Below the pieces are notes generated by a model. It searched no databases, was not told where the DNA came from, and was given only the letters and a program-made list of their open reading frames with translations. From Acidobacteriaceae bacterium (lineage in GTDB: Bacteria > Acidobacteriota > Terriglobia > Terriglobales > Acidobacteriaceae), in NCBI GenBank assembly GCA_003165455.1, contig PLUJ01000273.1:1-37588 (forward strand): 37,588 nucleotides of DNA, in the 5' to 3' direction. Position 1 is the stretch's first letter, and each line of letters begins with the position of its first letter. Made by a program: the position numbers and the translations under genes. This document shows positions 10,395-19,723 of this stretch, piece after piece.

Positions 10395-10470
10395 CGGGAA
10401 GGGCACGAGTTCACTCGGGCCGCTAAGGCTTTTAAAATTCACCGCGCTTCGGCGCCTGCGGTTCGCTTTG
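10395..10470 (+). repeat. Acidobacteria-type REP-like element ('..REGHEFTRAAKAFKIHRASAPA..' when translated) downstream of the FDH operon
   Basis: The core CGGGAAGGGCACGA (10395-10408) recurs on the opposite strand at 23396-23409. Imperfect hairpin ggcacgag-ttca-ctcgggcc, then GCGC-TTCG-GCGC. It lies 35 nt after the nrfD-like stop and may act as the operon terminator. Confidence 0.45.
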
Positions 10471-10754
10471 TGCCGCCCAATTGCGTGTTCAGCATCTGAT
10501 CGAGTCGCCCCGTTTATCACCACTAAGTTGTCGCCTAACCGCCATACTTCTTCGTGATGAGATAGCTTCTAAATCCCCAAACTCAAAATTGCCTGCACCC
10601 GTGAGCCAGCCTTGGAGAACCGATCTGCATCGAATGCTTATCTCGTTTTAAGCGAGAGGCGCGCCTTTGGCCGGAGACGGCCGGCGCGCTAGGTCGTCCC
10701 AATTGGCACTTACGTCAGCTAAGCGGGCTTTCTTGGCCGAGGAAGCAGGTTCGC

Positions 10755-12200
10755 GTGGGCCCATCACTGTCGAGTCTGGAAAGAGAAAGAGTGCACGCTC
10801 AATTTCTTTTTCTTGCTTGTGCAACGCTAATAGTCCTGACCGGCTGCGGGGGCGGCAGCACCTCCTCTTCAGCAGTATCGCCCGCAATCTCTTCCGTCTC
10901 CGTGGTTTGTTCGCCTTCAGCAGTCGCACCGCAGGCGATGTCCCAATGCAACGCAACAGTTCAAGGTAGCGGAAGCTTCAGTTCCGCAGTGAAATGGTCT
11001 GCCAGCGCAGGCACCATCAGCGCAAGTGGCCTTTTCACGGCGTCATCCTCTTCCAGCACCGTTACCGTTACTGCGACCAGTAATCAGGACACAACAAAGT
11101 CCGGAACGGCTGCGGTTACTGTGCAAGCCGCTCAATCCAGCATTTCTTCCGTCGCGGTGACGTGCAGCCCCTCATTCATAGCCGTCAATGCCACGTCGCA
11201 GTGCACTGCCACAGTGCAAGGTACGGGAACTTACAATTCCGCAGTTACCTGGTCTGCCAGCGAAGGCACGATCAACCCGAGTGGCCTTTTCACCGCACCA
11301 TCCGTCGCAAGCAGCGTCACCGTAACCGCCACCAGCACGCAAGACTCAGCAAAATCCGGCAACGCGACTTTGACAGTGCAGCTACAGACCCCGGCGAGCA
11401 AGCACGTCATCCTTGTGATGGAAGAGAACCAGAGTTACTCAACCGTAGTCGGCAATACCAGCGATTGGCCCAATCTCAACAACCTGATAAACAACGGCAG
11501 CCTTCCCACAAACTACTACGCGAATTCCCACCCATCGATTGGCAATTATTTCATGCTGACAACGGGACAGTTGCTGACGACGAATGACAACTCCACAACC
11601 GTCTGGAACGTCGACAATATAGCGCGGCGAATGCTGTCTTCGAACGTCTCGTTTAGGATTTACGCCGAAGGAATCACCCAAGGATATGTGGGCGGAAATA
11701 TAGGGCTCTACCTGATTCGCCATAATCCGTTCGCCATGCTCTCTGACATTGCCGACAACCCACAAGTTGCAAACGCCACTATCTGGCCGTTCTCGCAGTT
11801 CGCCACAGACGTGGCTAACGGCACGCTGCCGGAATTCTCCTACATCGTTCCAGACGTCGACGACGATGCGCATAATGGAACACCTCAGCAGGCGGATAGT
11901 TGGTTGCAGACGAACGTTGTCGAACTCCTGTCCAGCTCAGCCCCGTTCTTATCCGGAGGGGATGGCGTTCTAATCGTAGACTTTGATGAGGCAGCGGACT
12001 CCGATAGTGCAAATGGAGGCGGTCACGTCGCTCCAGTTCTCTGGGGACCGATCGTGAAGGCAGGGTACACGCAAACGTCCACTACGCTGTATCAGCATCA
12101 AAGTATGCTGCTAACGATGATGGAAGCTCTTCAGTTGTCCGATCCCCCAGGCGCAGCCGCGAACGCGCCGTCGATGTCAGAGTTCTTCGTGCAGAAGTGA
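10755..12200 (+). CDS. Lipoprotein: two Big_2-like Ig domains fused to a phosphoesterase-family (PF04185, AcpA/phospholipase C-like) domain
   Basis: Lipobox LIVLTG-C at C31. Two 80-aa repeats follow. The catalytic part begins with KHVILVMEENQSYSTVVGN, typical of the phosphoesterase family, and also has RHNPF and VPDVDDDAHNG. Confidence 0.65.
   Translation: MGPSLSSLERERVHAQFLFLACATLIVLTGCGGGSTSSSAVSPAISSVSVVCSPSAVAPQAMSQCNATVQGSGSFSSAVKWSASAGTISASGLFTASSSSSTVTVTATSNQDTTKSGTAAVTVQAAQSSISSVAVTCSPSFIAVNATSQCTATVQGTGTYNSAVTWSASEGTINPSGLFTAPSVASSVTVTATSTQDSAKSGNATLTVQLQTPASKHVILVMEENQSYSTVVGNTSDWPNLNNLINNGSLPTNYYANSHPSIGNYFMLTTGQLLTTNDNSTTVWNVDNIARRMLSSNVSFRIYAEGITQGYVGGNIGLYLIRHNPFAMLSDIADNPQVANATIWPFSQFATDVANGTLPEFSYIVPDVDDDAHNGTPQQADSWLQTNVVELLSSSAPFLSGGDGVLIVDFDEAADSDSANGGGHVAPVLWGPIVKAGYTQTSTTLYQHQSMLLTMMEALQLSDPPGAAANAPSMSEFFVQK
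10887..11381 (+). repeat. Intragenic tandem duplication encoding two Big_2-like domains (aa 45-124 and 130-209)
   Basis: ISSVSVVCSPSAVAPQAMSQCNATVQGSGSFSSAVKWSASAGTISASGLFTA..VTVTATSNQDTTKSGTAAVTVQ against ISSVAVTCSPSFIAVNATSQCTATVQGTGTYNSAVTWSASEGTINPSGLFTA..VTVTATSTQDSAKSGNATLTVQ. Confidence 0.75.
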
Positions 12201-12232
12201 ATCTGCCGATGAGCTGTGGCCGTTGCGCATTG

Positions 12233-12898
12233 TTAAAGGATATTTACTGCGCGAGCAGCCAGGAGAGCCACAGTTGTCAGGGAAATGAGCGATTGAACCA
12301 TCATAAGCAGTTTGGCCCATGGCGATAATACCGGGGAGTCCGTTGGGGAAAACGCGGTGCTCGTATTGAAGGCGAGAAAAAGGTAATCGACAAAACCTGG
12401 ACTCCAGCATTGTTCTCCCATCTCTCGCTTGGCTTGTTGGTCGAGAGTCATTTGTGGAAAAAGGAACGCGCCATCTGTATGCACGCCGCGCAACTCCCGC
12501 TGGCGCGGGCCACCCGCATCCAACCGCCAATACCATGAGGCGAAGACCAGAATATTTGTAATCCATAAGGCAGCTGCGGAACGCAACAGATCCTTGGGAG
12601 ACTGGCGATGCGCGGGCAGAGCCGCGACCAGGAGACCAAGTGACCAGATCATGTCGGCGGTCACGATGGAAGTCAACAAATGGCCCAAAATCTTATTGAG
12701 GCTATCTTTACCATGCTGGCGTGCCCATGCTGTGGGAATCAGAAGCACTCCGACAATAACGATGAGCAGCCAGTCTGGTCCCGCTGATAAGGACTCCGGC
12801 AGAGAAAGACGCAATCCGCCCACGGCAAGCAGCGCAAGCATCGCCGGCCACCGCGGCTCCAAATGTTTCGAAGTATTGGGCATGGGACTATTTAGCAT
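12233..12898 (-). CDS. DUF1345-family integral membrane protein
   Basis: ORF 12233..12967. ATG at 12898 (M24) is preferred. RWPAMLALLAVGGL.., LWITNILVFASWYWRLDAGGP, FLFPQM, FVDYLFLAFNTSTAFSPTD and a ..AARAVNIL C-terminus match my memory of DUF1345. Confidence 0.65.
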   Translation of the reverse strand: MLNSPMPNTSKHLEPRWPAMLALLAVGGLRLSLPESLSAGPDWLLIVIVGVLLIPTAWARQHGKDSLNKILGHLLTSIVTADMIWSLGLLVAALPAHRQSPKDLLRSAAALWITNILVFASWYWRLDAGGPRQRELRGVHTDGAFLFPQMTLDQQAKREMGEQCWSPGFVDYLFLAFNTSTAFSPTDSPVLSPWAKLLMMVQSLISLTTVALLAARAVNIL

Positions 12899-13025
12899 GG
12901 ACCTCCACAGTGCAACGCCTAACTCGCGAACGGAAATTCGGCGGCGCACTTCAGAACATTGTTGCACGATGAGCTGCTTCTCTGGCCGTCGGACGACTGT
13001 AGCGACGCTGACGTTGACGCTGTGG

Positions 13026-14501
13026 TTACTTCCCGATGCAGAACGTGCTGAAGATCAAGTTCAATATGTCGTCGGTACTAGTTGCTCCGGTGATCGCGTC
13101 AAGGGGCCGCAGTGCATTATAAAGATCGAGCAAAAGCATCTCATGCGGAATTTTGTTCGCGACTGCCAGCTTCGCGGCCTCGAACGCAGCCAATGAATCC
13201 TGCACCAGCCCAGCATGCCGGACGTTGGTAAGAAAACCAGATTCGGCTTGCGTGGCCGCCTCGCCTCCCACATGCCGCACAATTTCTTCACGCAGCTTTT
13301 GGATGCCCTCCCCTGTTAATGCCGACACCGGAATTGACCCAAACTGGCCAGCCACTAAAATCTCACTGCCCCAAGACTCCACGCTGGATCCCAAATCGCA
13401 TTTATTCCGAACGACAATTGCCCCACGACCCTGCGTTTGCCGCAACAGCTCGTGATCTTCCGCGGTGAGTTCGCGCGACGCATCCATAACAACCAAAACC
13501 AGATCGGCGTCCGCCAACGCTTCCATGGTTTTGCGAATCCCGATCGCCTCCGCTTCGTCGAGCGCCTGCCGGATGCCTGCGGTATCCACCAACTGAATTG
13601 GGATGCCACTGATCGAAATCGTTTCGTTCACCAAATCCCGCGTGGTCCCTGGCGTCGAAGTTACGATCGCGCGATCCCGTTCCACCAGTCGGTTGAACAA
13701 GCTGCTCTTGCCCACATTCGGCCGCCCCACAATGGCCAAGGTCATCCCCTGATGGACAATCTTTCCGTAAGCAAACGTAGCGGCAAGCTTTCGCAGCGGT
13801 TCTTCTACCTCTGAAATACGCTGCAGGATGACGACGTCCGGCATCACCGACACATCGTCTTCCGCGAAGTCGATCCCAGCTTCCAACATCGCAATCAGCT
13901 CGACCAGCTGCCGTTTGGTTGGCTGCAAGCGTTTCGAGAGCGCGCCCTCCATCTGCTGCGCGGCAACCTTCGCCTGATACAAAGTCTGCGAATCGATCAG
14001 GTCGCGTACCGCCTCCGCCTGCGTAAGATCGATGCGGCCATTCAAAAAAGCTCGCATGGTGAACTCGCCCGGCTCAGCCAGCCGGGCTCCCGTAGCCACA
14101 CACATCTCGACAATGTGCCGCAGCACCACCGGCGATCCATGCGCCGCAATCTCAAGGATGTCATCGGTGGTATACGAGTGCGGTTTCTCGAAATAAGTCA
14201 CCACCACTTCATCGATACGCTGAGCGCCTTCATGTGGTGTTGGGTGCCCCATCCTAACCGCGTTTTTTGCGGTTAGGGTGGGGCTTTTGACTTTCTCCGC
14301 ATCCACTATCGGAGATTCTGGTGTCGCAGACTCTGGTTCGACCAACCCCCCAAATACCGCCCGCCCCGGCTCCATTTCCCGTTTCAGCCGCAACATCGTT
14401 CTTGAAATCTCGACTGCCCGCGGGCCCGCGATCCGCACCACTCCGATTCCTCCCCGCCCCGGCGGAGTCGCAATCGCAACGATCGTGTCGTCAGTATTCA
14501 A
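13026..14501 (-). CDS. mnmE: tRNA uridine-5-carboxymethylaminomethyl(34) synthesis GTPase MnmE (TrmE)
   Basis: MNTDDTIVAIATPPGRGGIGVVRI.. N-terminus (TTG start). G-domain motifs GRPNVGKSSLFN and DTAG. C-terminal FCIGK. At 491 aa it is longer than the ~454 aa I recall for E. coli, because of an insertion at about aa 57-92. Confidence 0.95.
   Translation of the reverse strand: MNTDDTIVAIATPPGRGGIGVVRIAGPRAVEISRTMLRLKREMEPGRAVFGGLVEPESATPESPIVDAEKVKSPTLTAKNAVRMGHPTPHEGAQRIDEVVVTYFEKPHSYTTDDILEIAAHGSPVVLRHIVEMCVATGARLAEPGEFTMRAFLNGRIDLTQAEAVRDLIDSQTLYQAKVAAQQMEGALSKRLQPTKRQLVELIAMLEAGIDFAEDDVSVMPDVVILQRISEVEEPLRKLAATFAYGKIVHQGMTLAIVGRPNVGKSSLFNRLVERDRAIVTSTPGTTRDLVNETISISGIPIQLVDTAGIRQALDEAEAIGIRKTMEALADADLVLVVMDASRELTAEDHELLRQTQGRGAIVVRNKCDLGSSVESWGSEILVAGQFGSIPVSALTGEGIQKLREEIVRHVGGEAATQAESGFLTNVRHAGLVQDSLAAFEAAKLAVANKIPHEMLLLDLYNALRPLDAITGATSTDDILNLIFSTFCIGK
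14246..14284. repeat. REP/RPE-like perfect-stem palindrome embedded in frame in mnmE
   Basis: Plus strand: g-ccccatcctaaccgc-gtttttt-gcggttagggtgggg-c. This is a 16-bp stem with one G:T-type mismatch and a 7-nt loop. It encodes ..KSPTLTAKNAVRMGHP.. Confidence 0.75.
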
Positions 14502-14570
14502 GGGCCGATTGTAACGTTTAAACTAAAGCACAACCAACTGCCCGAAATGCAGTCCAAAAATTGAGGACAA

Positions 14571-15074
14571 ATGTCAGTCGCCGACGAACTGCTGAAAGCT
14601 AACGAAGAATTTGTAAGAAGTTTCAACCTGGGCGATCTCGCCGTGCAGCCGCGGCGTCGTCTCGCCGTTCTCGCCTGCATGGATTCCAGAATTCTTTTCG
14701 AACGCTGCCTTGGCCTGCGCCCAGGTGACGCTCACATGATCCGCAACGCCGGCGGCATCGCCACGGAAGATGCCATCCGCTCGCTCATCGTCTCCCACCA
14801 TCTGCTCGATACGCAGGAAATCATCATCATCAACCACACCGATTGCGGCTTGCTGCGCGTAAAGGAAGAAGAACTGAAGAATAAACTCGCCGACAAGATG
14901 GGCACCCCCTTCGGCGCACCCGCACACTTTCACGCCTTTGATAACTTAGAAGAAAACGTCCGCCAGCAGATCGACAGGGTAAGAACTCATCCCTGGATTC
15001 CGAAACACATCCCCGTGCGAGGCTTTATTTACGACGTGAAAACGGGCGCGTTAAAGGAGGTGCCCGCGACCTAG
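14571..15074 (+). CDS. Beta-class carbonic anhydrase (small Cab/CanA-like type)
   Basis: Zn-ligand motifs CMDSR (C-x-D-x-R) and HTDCG (H-x-x-C); 167 aa. Confidence 0.85.
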   Translation: MSVADELLKANEEFVRSFNLGDLAVQPRRRLAVLACMDSRILFERCLGLRPGDAHMIRNAGGIATEDAIRSLIVSHHLLDTQEIIIINHTDCGLLRVKEEELKNKLADKMGTPFGAPAHFHAFDNLEENVRQQIDRVRTHPWIPKHIPVRGFIYDVKTGALKEVPAT

Positions 15075-15077
15075 AAC

Positions 15078-15995
15078 CTACCTCGCCACAACCTTCTCAA
15101 TCTCCGCCTTCAGTTGGTCATACGACAACGCCCCCGGATGGTACATCGCCACTTTGCCACTCCGATCCAACAATACTAAAGTTGGCGTGGTCGAAGACCC
15201 ATAGACATCAAAGTTGTACGTGCTGATCGGCACCGGCATATCCAGCAGTCCGCCATAAAACCGATGCCGCACCGCATCGATGTAAGCCAGTTCGTCGCTC
15301 GGCGAGGCATGCTCAATCTGCGCGGTGTATCCATAGAGCCGCGTCGGCCCCAGCACGGTCAACCCCTTGGCGGAATATTCCGAGCGCAACTGCGTAATGA
15401 TCGGAGCCTCAGCCTTGCAATCCCCACACCAGTGCGCCCAGAAAAAAAGCAGCACCGGAGATCCCTTCAGCGACGCCAGCGTCGGCGGCTTTGATCCCAG
15501 GAACTGATCCGCATGTAGCGCCGGAGCAAGCCGTCCGTCGAAAGTGATCAGGTTCAGATTCTTCTGCAGCCGCGCCCGCATCGACGTGTTGTTATACGTT
15601 TTGACGGCAGCCTGCAGAACCGCCGCTGCCTTCTCACGCTGACCTTGAGCCGCCAGCGTTTGCGATTCCACTTCAATGGCCGCGCCCAATCCAATCGGTA
15701 AATGCGGCTCCGCATCCAGCGGACGCTTCTTCAGCTGTTCCAGCGCAAGCGTTTCGGTCTGCTTGGCGTAGGCGGCCGCCTGATCGTAATCGCCATTGCT
15801 GAACGCGGCCCGCGCCATCCACGAGTATGCTTCCACATACTCTCCGGTGACGCCATTCTTCGCCAAGTAAGATTTCAGGAACAGATTGGCCGCCGTATAA
15901 CTGTTGTCCGCCAACGCCCCGCGGACGTCCTCCACAACCCCAGCCCAGGCTGGCGCCACCAGTGCGAGAAGAAGTACAACCCTGCGCAAGAACAT
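15078..15995 (-). CDS. Exported TlpA-like thiol:disulfide oxidoreductase (thioredoxin fold) with an N-terminal TPR-like helical domain
   Basis: Signal peptide MFLRRVVLLLALVAPAWAG. Motif LLFFWAHWCGDCKAEAP (WCxxC). Convergent with the carbonic anhydrase gene, with a 3-nt gap. Confidence 0.75.
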   Translation of the reverse strand: MFLRRVVLLLALVAPAWAGVVEDVRGALADNSYTAANLFLKSYLAKNGVTGEYVEAYSWMARAAFSNGDYDQAAAYAKQTETLALEQLKKRPLDAEPHLPIGLGAAIEVESQTLAAQGQREKAAAVLQAAVKTYNNTSMRARLQKNLNLITFDGRLAPALHADQFLGSKPPTLASLKGSPVLLFFWAHWCGDCKAEAPIITQLRSEYSAKGLTVLGPTRLYGYTAQIEHASPSDELAYIDAVRHRFYGGLLDMPVPISTYNFDVYGSSTTPTLVLLDRSGKVAMYHPGALSYDQLKAEIEKVVAR

Positions 15996-16061
15996 GCCTA
16001 ATAGTCTATCTCTTGCCGTCCGCGTTGCAAATTCAGACCGCGATGGCTTCTTAAGGTCCCT

Positions 16062-16523
16062 TCAGCCGGTTCCCGCTCCACCGTTAACGTACTGCGCCGG
16101 CGTAGACGCCGGATCAACTCCCAGGTACTTTGTCACGTTAGCAATCCACGGCGCCGAATTCCCGGCATACTGGCCCGCAATTTGCCGCCATGTCCAGGAT
16201 TGCGGATATGCCTTCGATCTACCCGCCACGATGCGATCAAATTTGGCATGCAGCGCCCGCCATCCCCCCTCCGCCTCACAAAAATTTATGATGTCAGACC
16301 CATCATGATGCTGAGGATTGCCGCAGGTTTTCTGACCGGCCTCATCTTCGGGAGATAGATCTCCGGGGTTATTCAGATCGTAAGGGGCCGTGCCGGGACC
16401 TAAGTGATATCCCTCCGCACGCGCCACCGCCTTGCATATATTCCAAACTTTGTCGGAACCAGGCCAGGTGGATGGATCCTCGGTAATAGCGGCTCCCGTT
16501 AAACTGCTATCGCTCGAATGCAT
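16062..16523 (-). CDS. Hypothetical 153-aa protein, no signal peptide, function unknown
   Basis: ATG with AGGAG 7 nt upstream. The segment ICKAVARAEGY..PYDLNNPGDL..GGWRALHAKFDRIV..WRQIAGQYAG is vaguely reminiscent of small phage-type muramidase-like proteins, but I cannot place it. Confidence 0.5.
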   Translation of the reverse strand: MHSSDSSLTGAAITEDPSTWPGSDKVWNICKAVARAEGYHLGPGTAPYDLNNPGDLSPEDEAGQKTCGNPQHHDGSDIINFCEAEGGWRALHAKFDRIVAGRSKAYPQSWTWRQIAGQYAGNSAPWIANVTKYLGVDPASTPAQYVNGGAGTG

Positions 16524-16792
16524 ACTGCGCTCCTACGTGGAACACGTTGAGATTCAGTCTTAGAAAAATTGGAATGCTTTCGTGCGCTGGGTGCAGACCG
16601 TCAATGGGTAGGCGTCGTGACCTGCACGATTGTTACGCGGGGATGCTAATCGGCAGAAGTTCCGAATGCAAGTGATTCCGGTCACAGTTGCGAAACAATT
16701 TCATTACCCGTGCCATTGCGGGACAACAGCGACCAACCGCGAGCGATTGCCGATTTACTTCAAGCGCGAACGCGTCGACTACTCTTTCCAAA

Positions 16793-17119
16793 CTATTTCT
16801 GGTCGCGAATCAGCACCACATCCGCATCCGTATGCCCGCGCACCAGCGCCAACTGCTTCCCATCCGGCGACCAATGAAAATCAAAGATATGTTCGGAAGT
16901 AAAGTCCGTGATCTGTTTTCCCTTCGATCCATCCAGCAGCTGCATCCATAAATTATCCACGCCGTTCTCGCGCACCGGATAAACAATCCCTTTCCCATCG
17001 CGCGAGAAGTGTATCAATCCGAAGCGGGTGCGTTCGAAATCCACAGTCTTCACGCCCTTGCCGCCCGCCGTTTCCACCACCGCCAACCAGGGCAGAGTTT
17101 TACGTCCTTGTTCGAAATG
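16793..17119 (-). pseudogene. Remnant: C-terminal ~100 aa of a TolB/PD40-type beta-propeller protein
   Basis: ..VYPVRENGVDNLWMQLLDGSKGKQITDFTSEHIFDFHWSPDGKQLALVRGHTDADVVLIRDQK matches the last PD40 blade. The open frame is bounded upstream by a stop at about 17120-17122, and only a weak TTG start (17086) exists. No propeller body lies upstream. Confidence 0.5.
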
Positions 17120-17448
17120 CTAACGTCCTGAAACCGACAGTTGAATTTCGATTAACGCTGTGACGACTCACGTCCTCGCCCCGCTGTGTGCCCCCGGCAA
17201 ATAGTGCGATGACCCAGCCACAAACAACCAAACCCAAACTTCAGGACTCATATACCGTTCTTAGGAGGTTGCGCGCCATGCTCCCCTCAGACTACGTCTC
17301 TTGCACGGAAGGTTCTGACTACCGCCCTGATCTCACTCATAGCCTGACTGACTGACCCCGGTACCTTCATAAGATTTGGTGAGCACGCTCAGGAAAGTGT
17401 GACCCCGCGTATTTGATACGAAAGAAAACTCGCCACTAGGAGGCCCCG

Positions 17449-19447
17449 ATGTTTTCGTCTAGGAGATTCTTCGCTGTCGCTTTTTTTCTGGTTCTCCCCT
17501 TACTTTGTTCCGCTCAAACCTCGTTACCCGCGAGCTGGGTTTATTCCACATACTTTGGAGGATCCCAGTTCGATGGAATCGGCGCAATCACGCGCGATGC
17601 CGATGGAAACATCTACGCAACTGGCACCTCCGCCTCTCCCGACTTTCCCACGACTCCCGGTGTCTATGAAGCGAATTACCCGGGTCCCAGCGGAGACAGC
17701 GCTGTCTTCGTCGCGAAATTCTCACCGGATGGAGCGCTGGTATGGTCGACGTTTCTCGGCCCCGGATCCTATGAGGAATACACCATCGCAAGCGCTATTC
17801 AAGTTGACGCTCACGGCAACGTTTACATTGCTGGAATCTTTCAGACTCCCGGATTCCCGACAACCAAGGGTCTTCCAGACGACGGAAGCGTTTTTATCGC
17901 GAAGTTGAATGCGACGGGATCAGAATTGGTATACAGCATGCAAGTGGGACCGAATGCAATCCTCAGCGCACCTCAACTTGTGCTGGACAGTTCTGCCAAC
18001 GCCTTTGTGACCGGCAGCGGGGAGGTTCCCGATTGCTGCAACAGCGTCGAAACCGGCGTTATCGGATCCCTCGGTGGGGGCGACGACTTTTGGGTTGAGG
18101 AAATCAATGCAGCGGGAACCGCACTCCCTTGGTCAGTCCAGATAGGCGGCGATGGCGAGGACGATCTAAACGGCTTCGCAATTGATGCGCAAAACAAGTT
18201 GTACCTCACTGGTTATACCGAGTCCAATAATTTCCCGCACACCCCCGGCGCCCTCAACCAGCCAGGAGAAGGTAGAACTTTCGTAGTCAAGCTCGACCCG
18301 ACCCGGGCTCCCGGCCTTTCGTTGGTCTATTCGGCACTGGTTGGCAATGCTGGCCACGCAGTGGGCGACTACATCGAAGGTCGGTCGATTGTTGTCGATG
18401 GGTCGGGAAATTCTTACGTAGGCACTTGGACCTACAATGTCGGTCTGTTTACTGGAGAGTGGGCATTCCAGCCTACCGCTCCAACTGTGCCCCTTGGCTA
18501 CGTCTTTGAACTGAATAATCTCGGCAGCTCAATGATTAACGGTAGCTATGTGGGTGGGACTGTGAGTTACGTCGATCAAGTACAGGTCGATCAAGATGGC
18601 AATATCTATATCGCCGGATCAACGGACTCATTGGGTTTTATCGTTACCGCCTATGACGACCCGGCTGGAGGTGGCGGAGGTTATTACGTAAAGCTCAATC
18701 GGAACTTCGCGGCTATTTCGTCAGTTGCCTTCAGCGGCGTTGGGGGCGCAACCGCCATCGACGCGAGAGGCGGCCTTTGGGTCGCTGGGAATACGGGTGG
18801 CCAATTACCCACGACTCCCGACGCCTTTCAGCCGCTATATCAAGGAAACTCCGACGGCTTCTTGCTGCACACAGACTTTCTAGGTTTGTGTCCCTCTGAC
18901 GGCATAGAGATCTGTTCGATTTCCCCCGATCAGACGGCTCCTGAGCTAATTCAGTTTGTAGCTCAGGCTTCCGAGCCCGAGCAAGCGGTGAACGCTGCGC
19001 TAAGCATCGATGACATGGCCGTTTATGGCGAGCCTGCCGCCCAGTTCGATACTTGGCTTGGGCGTAGCGCCAGGACGGCATATTGCAACAGCTTCATCGC
19101 AAAACACGGCAGGCAAAAAGTTCAGTAACCGACAGGGTTTCTTGGTGCTCCCGTCCGCTGCCTGTCCTGTAAGTCCTCTAAGTCCATCGCTGACATTCTG
19201 CAGCCCACTGACTGCCGCAGTAATTCAGGGTTTGGTCTCGATCGAAATCCAAGCGAATGACTACGCCCCGCCACCAGGTAGCGTCATCCTATATGTGGAT
19301 GGAAATTTGCAAACAAGAATCAAGGGGCAAAACGGCACCTATAGCTTCACGTTCGGCCTGCCTCCGGGCATTCATAGTTTCGCCGCAAAAGGTGAGGACG
19401 GATGGGGGAATTACTTAACGGCTAGCACCGTGGCACGTGTGGAGTAG
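17449..19447 (+). pseudogene. Secreted SBBP (beta-propeller repeat, PF06739-like) protein with two C-terminal Ig-like domains, interrupted by a +1 frameshift near 19060-19064
   Basis: Signal peptide MFSSRRFFAVAFFLVLPLLCSAQ. SBBP repeats are present (DADGNIYATGTSASPDFPTTPGVYE.., DAHGNVYIAGIFQTPGFPTT, DAQNKLYLTGYTESNNFPHTPGA). ORF 17449..19128 and ORF 19010..19447 join as ..FDTWLG|VAPGRHIATAS.., which parallels ..FTFGLPPGIHSFAAKG.. in the second Ig-like domain. Confidence 0.6.
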
Positions 19448-19723
19448 CGCACGGGCGCATGATGGTGTTGCCCAAGCTTTGAACGTATACTGCAGCACGG
19501 ATTCCGGGGCGACATCAATTGCTATGTTCGCAGCTCGGGTTCGGGCTGCGGCATCTACCATCGACCGCAACTTGCCAGAGGAGTAAGCGGCCTGAAACCG
19601 ACGGTGTTTATGAAGTGTACGAAAGAGTTATCGACGCTTAACTGTCAGTCCTGCCCACTCTTTGGCTCTGACAGGATAGCGGGATAGCTGTAGCAACATC
19701 GCGAATTCCACTCATCTGATCCA

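Noticed and set aside
12429-13196. 255-aa plus-strand ORF across the DUF1345/mnmE junction
   Set aside because: It is antisense to two recognisable minus-strand genes and has no family features.
14278-14521. Two plus-strand ORFs (78 and 66 aa) at the mnmE 5' end
   Set aside because: They are antisense to the conserved MnmE N-terminus (..ATPPGRGGIGVVRI..). They are Pro/Arg/Ser-rich and have no RBS.
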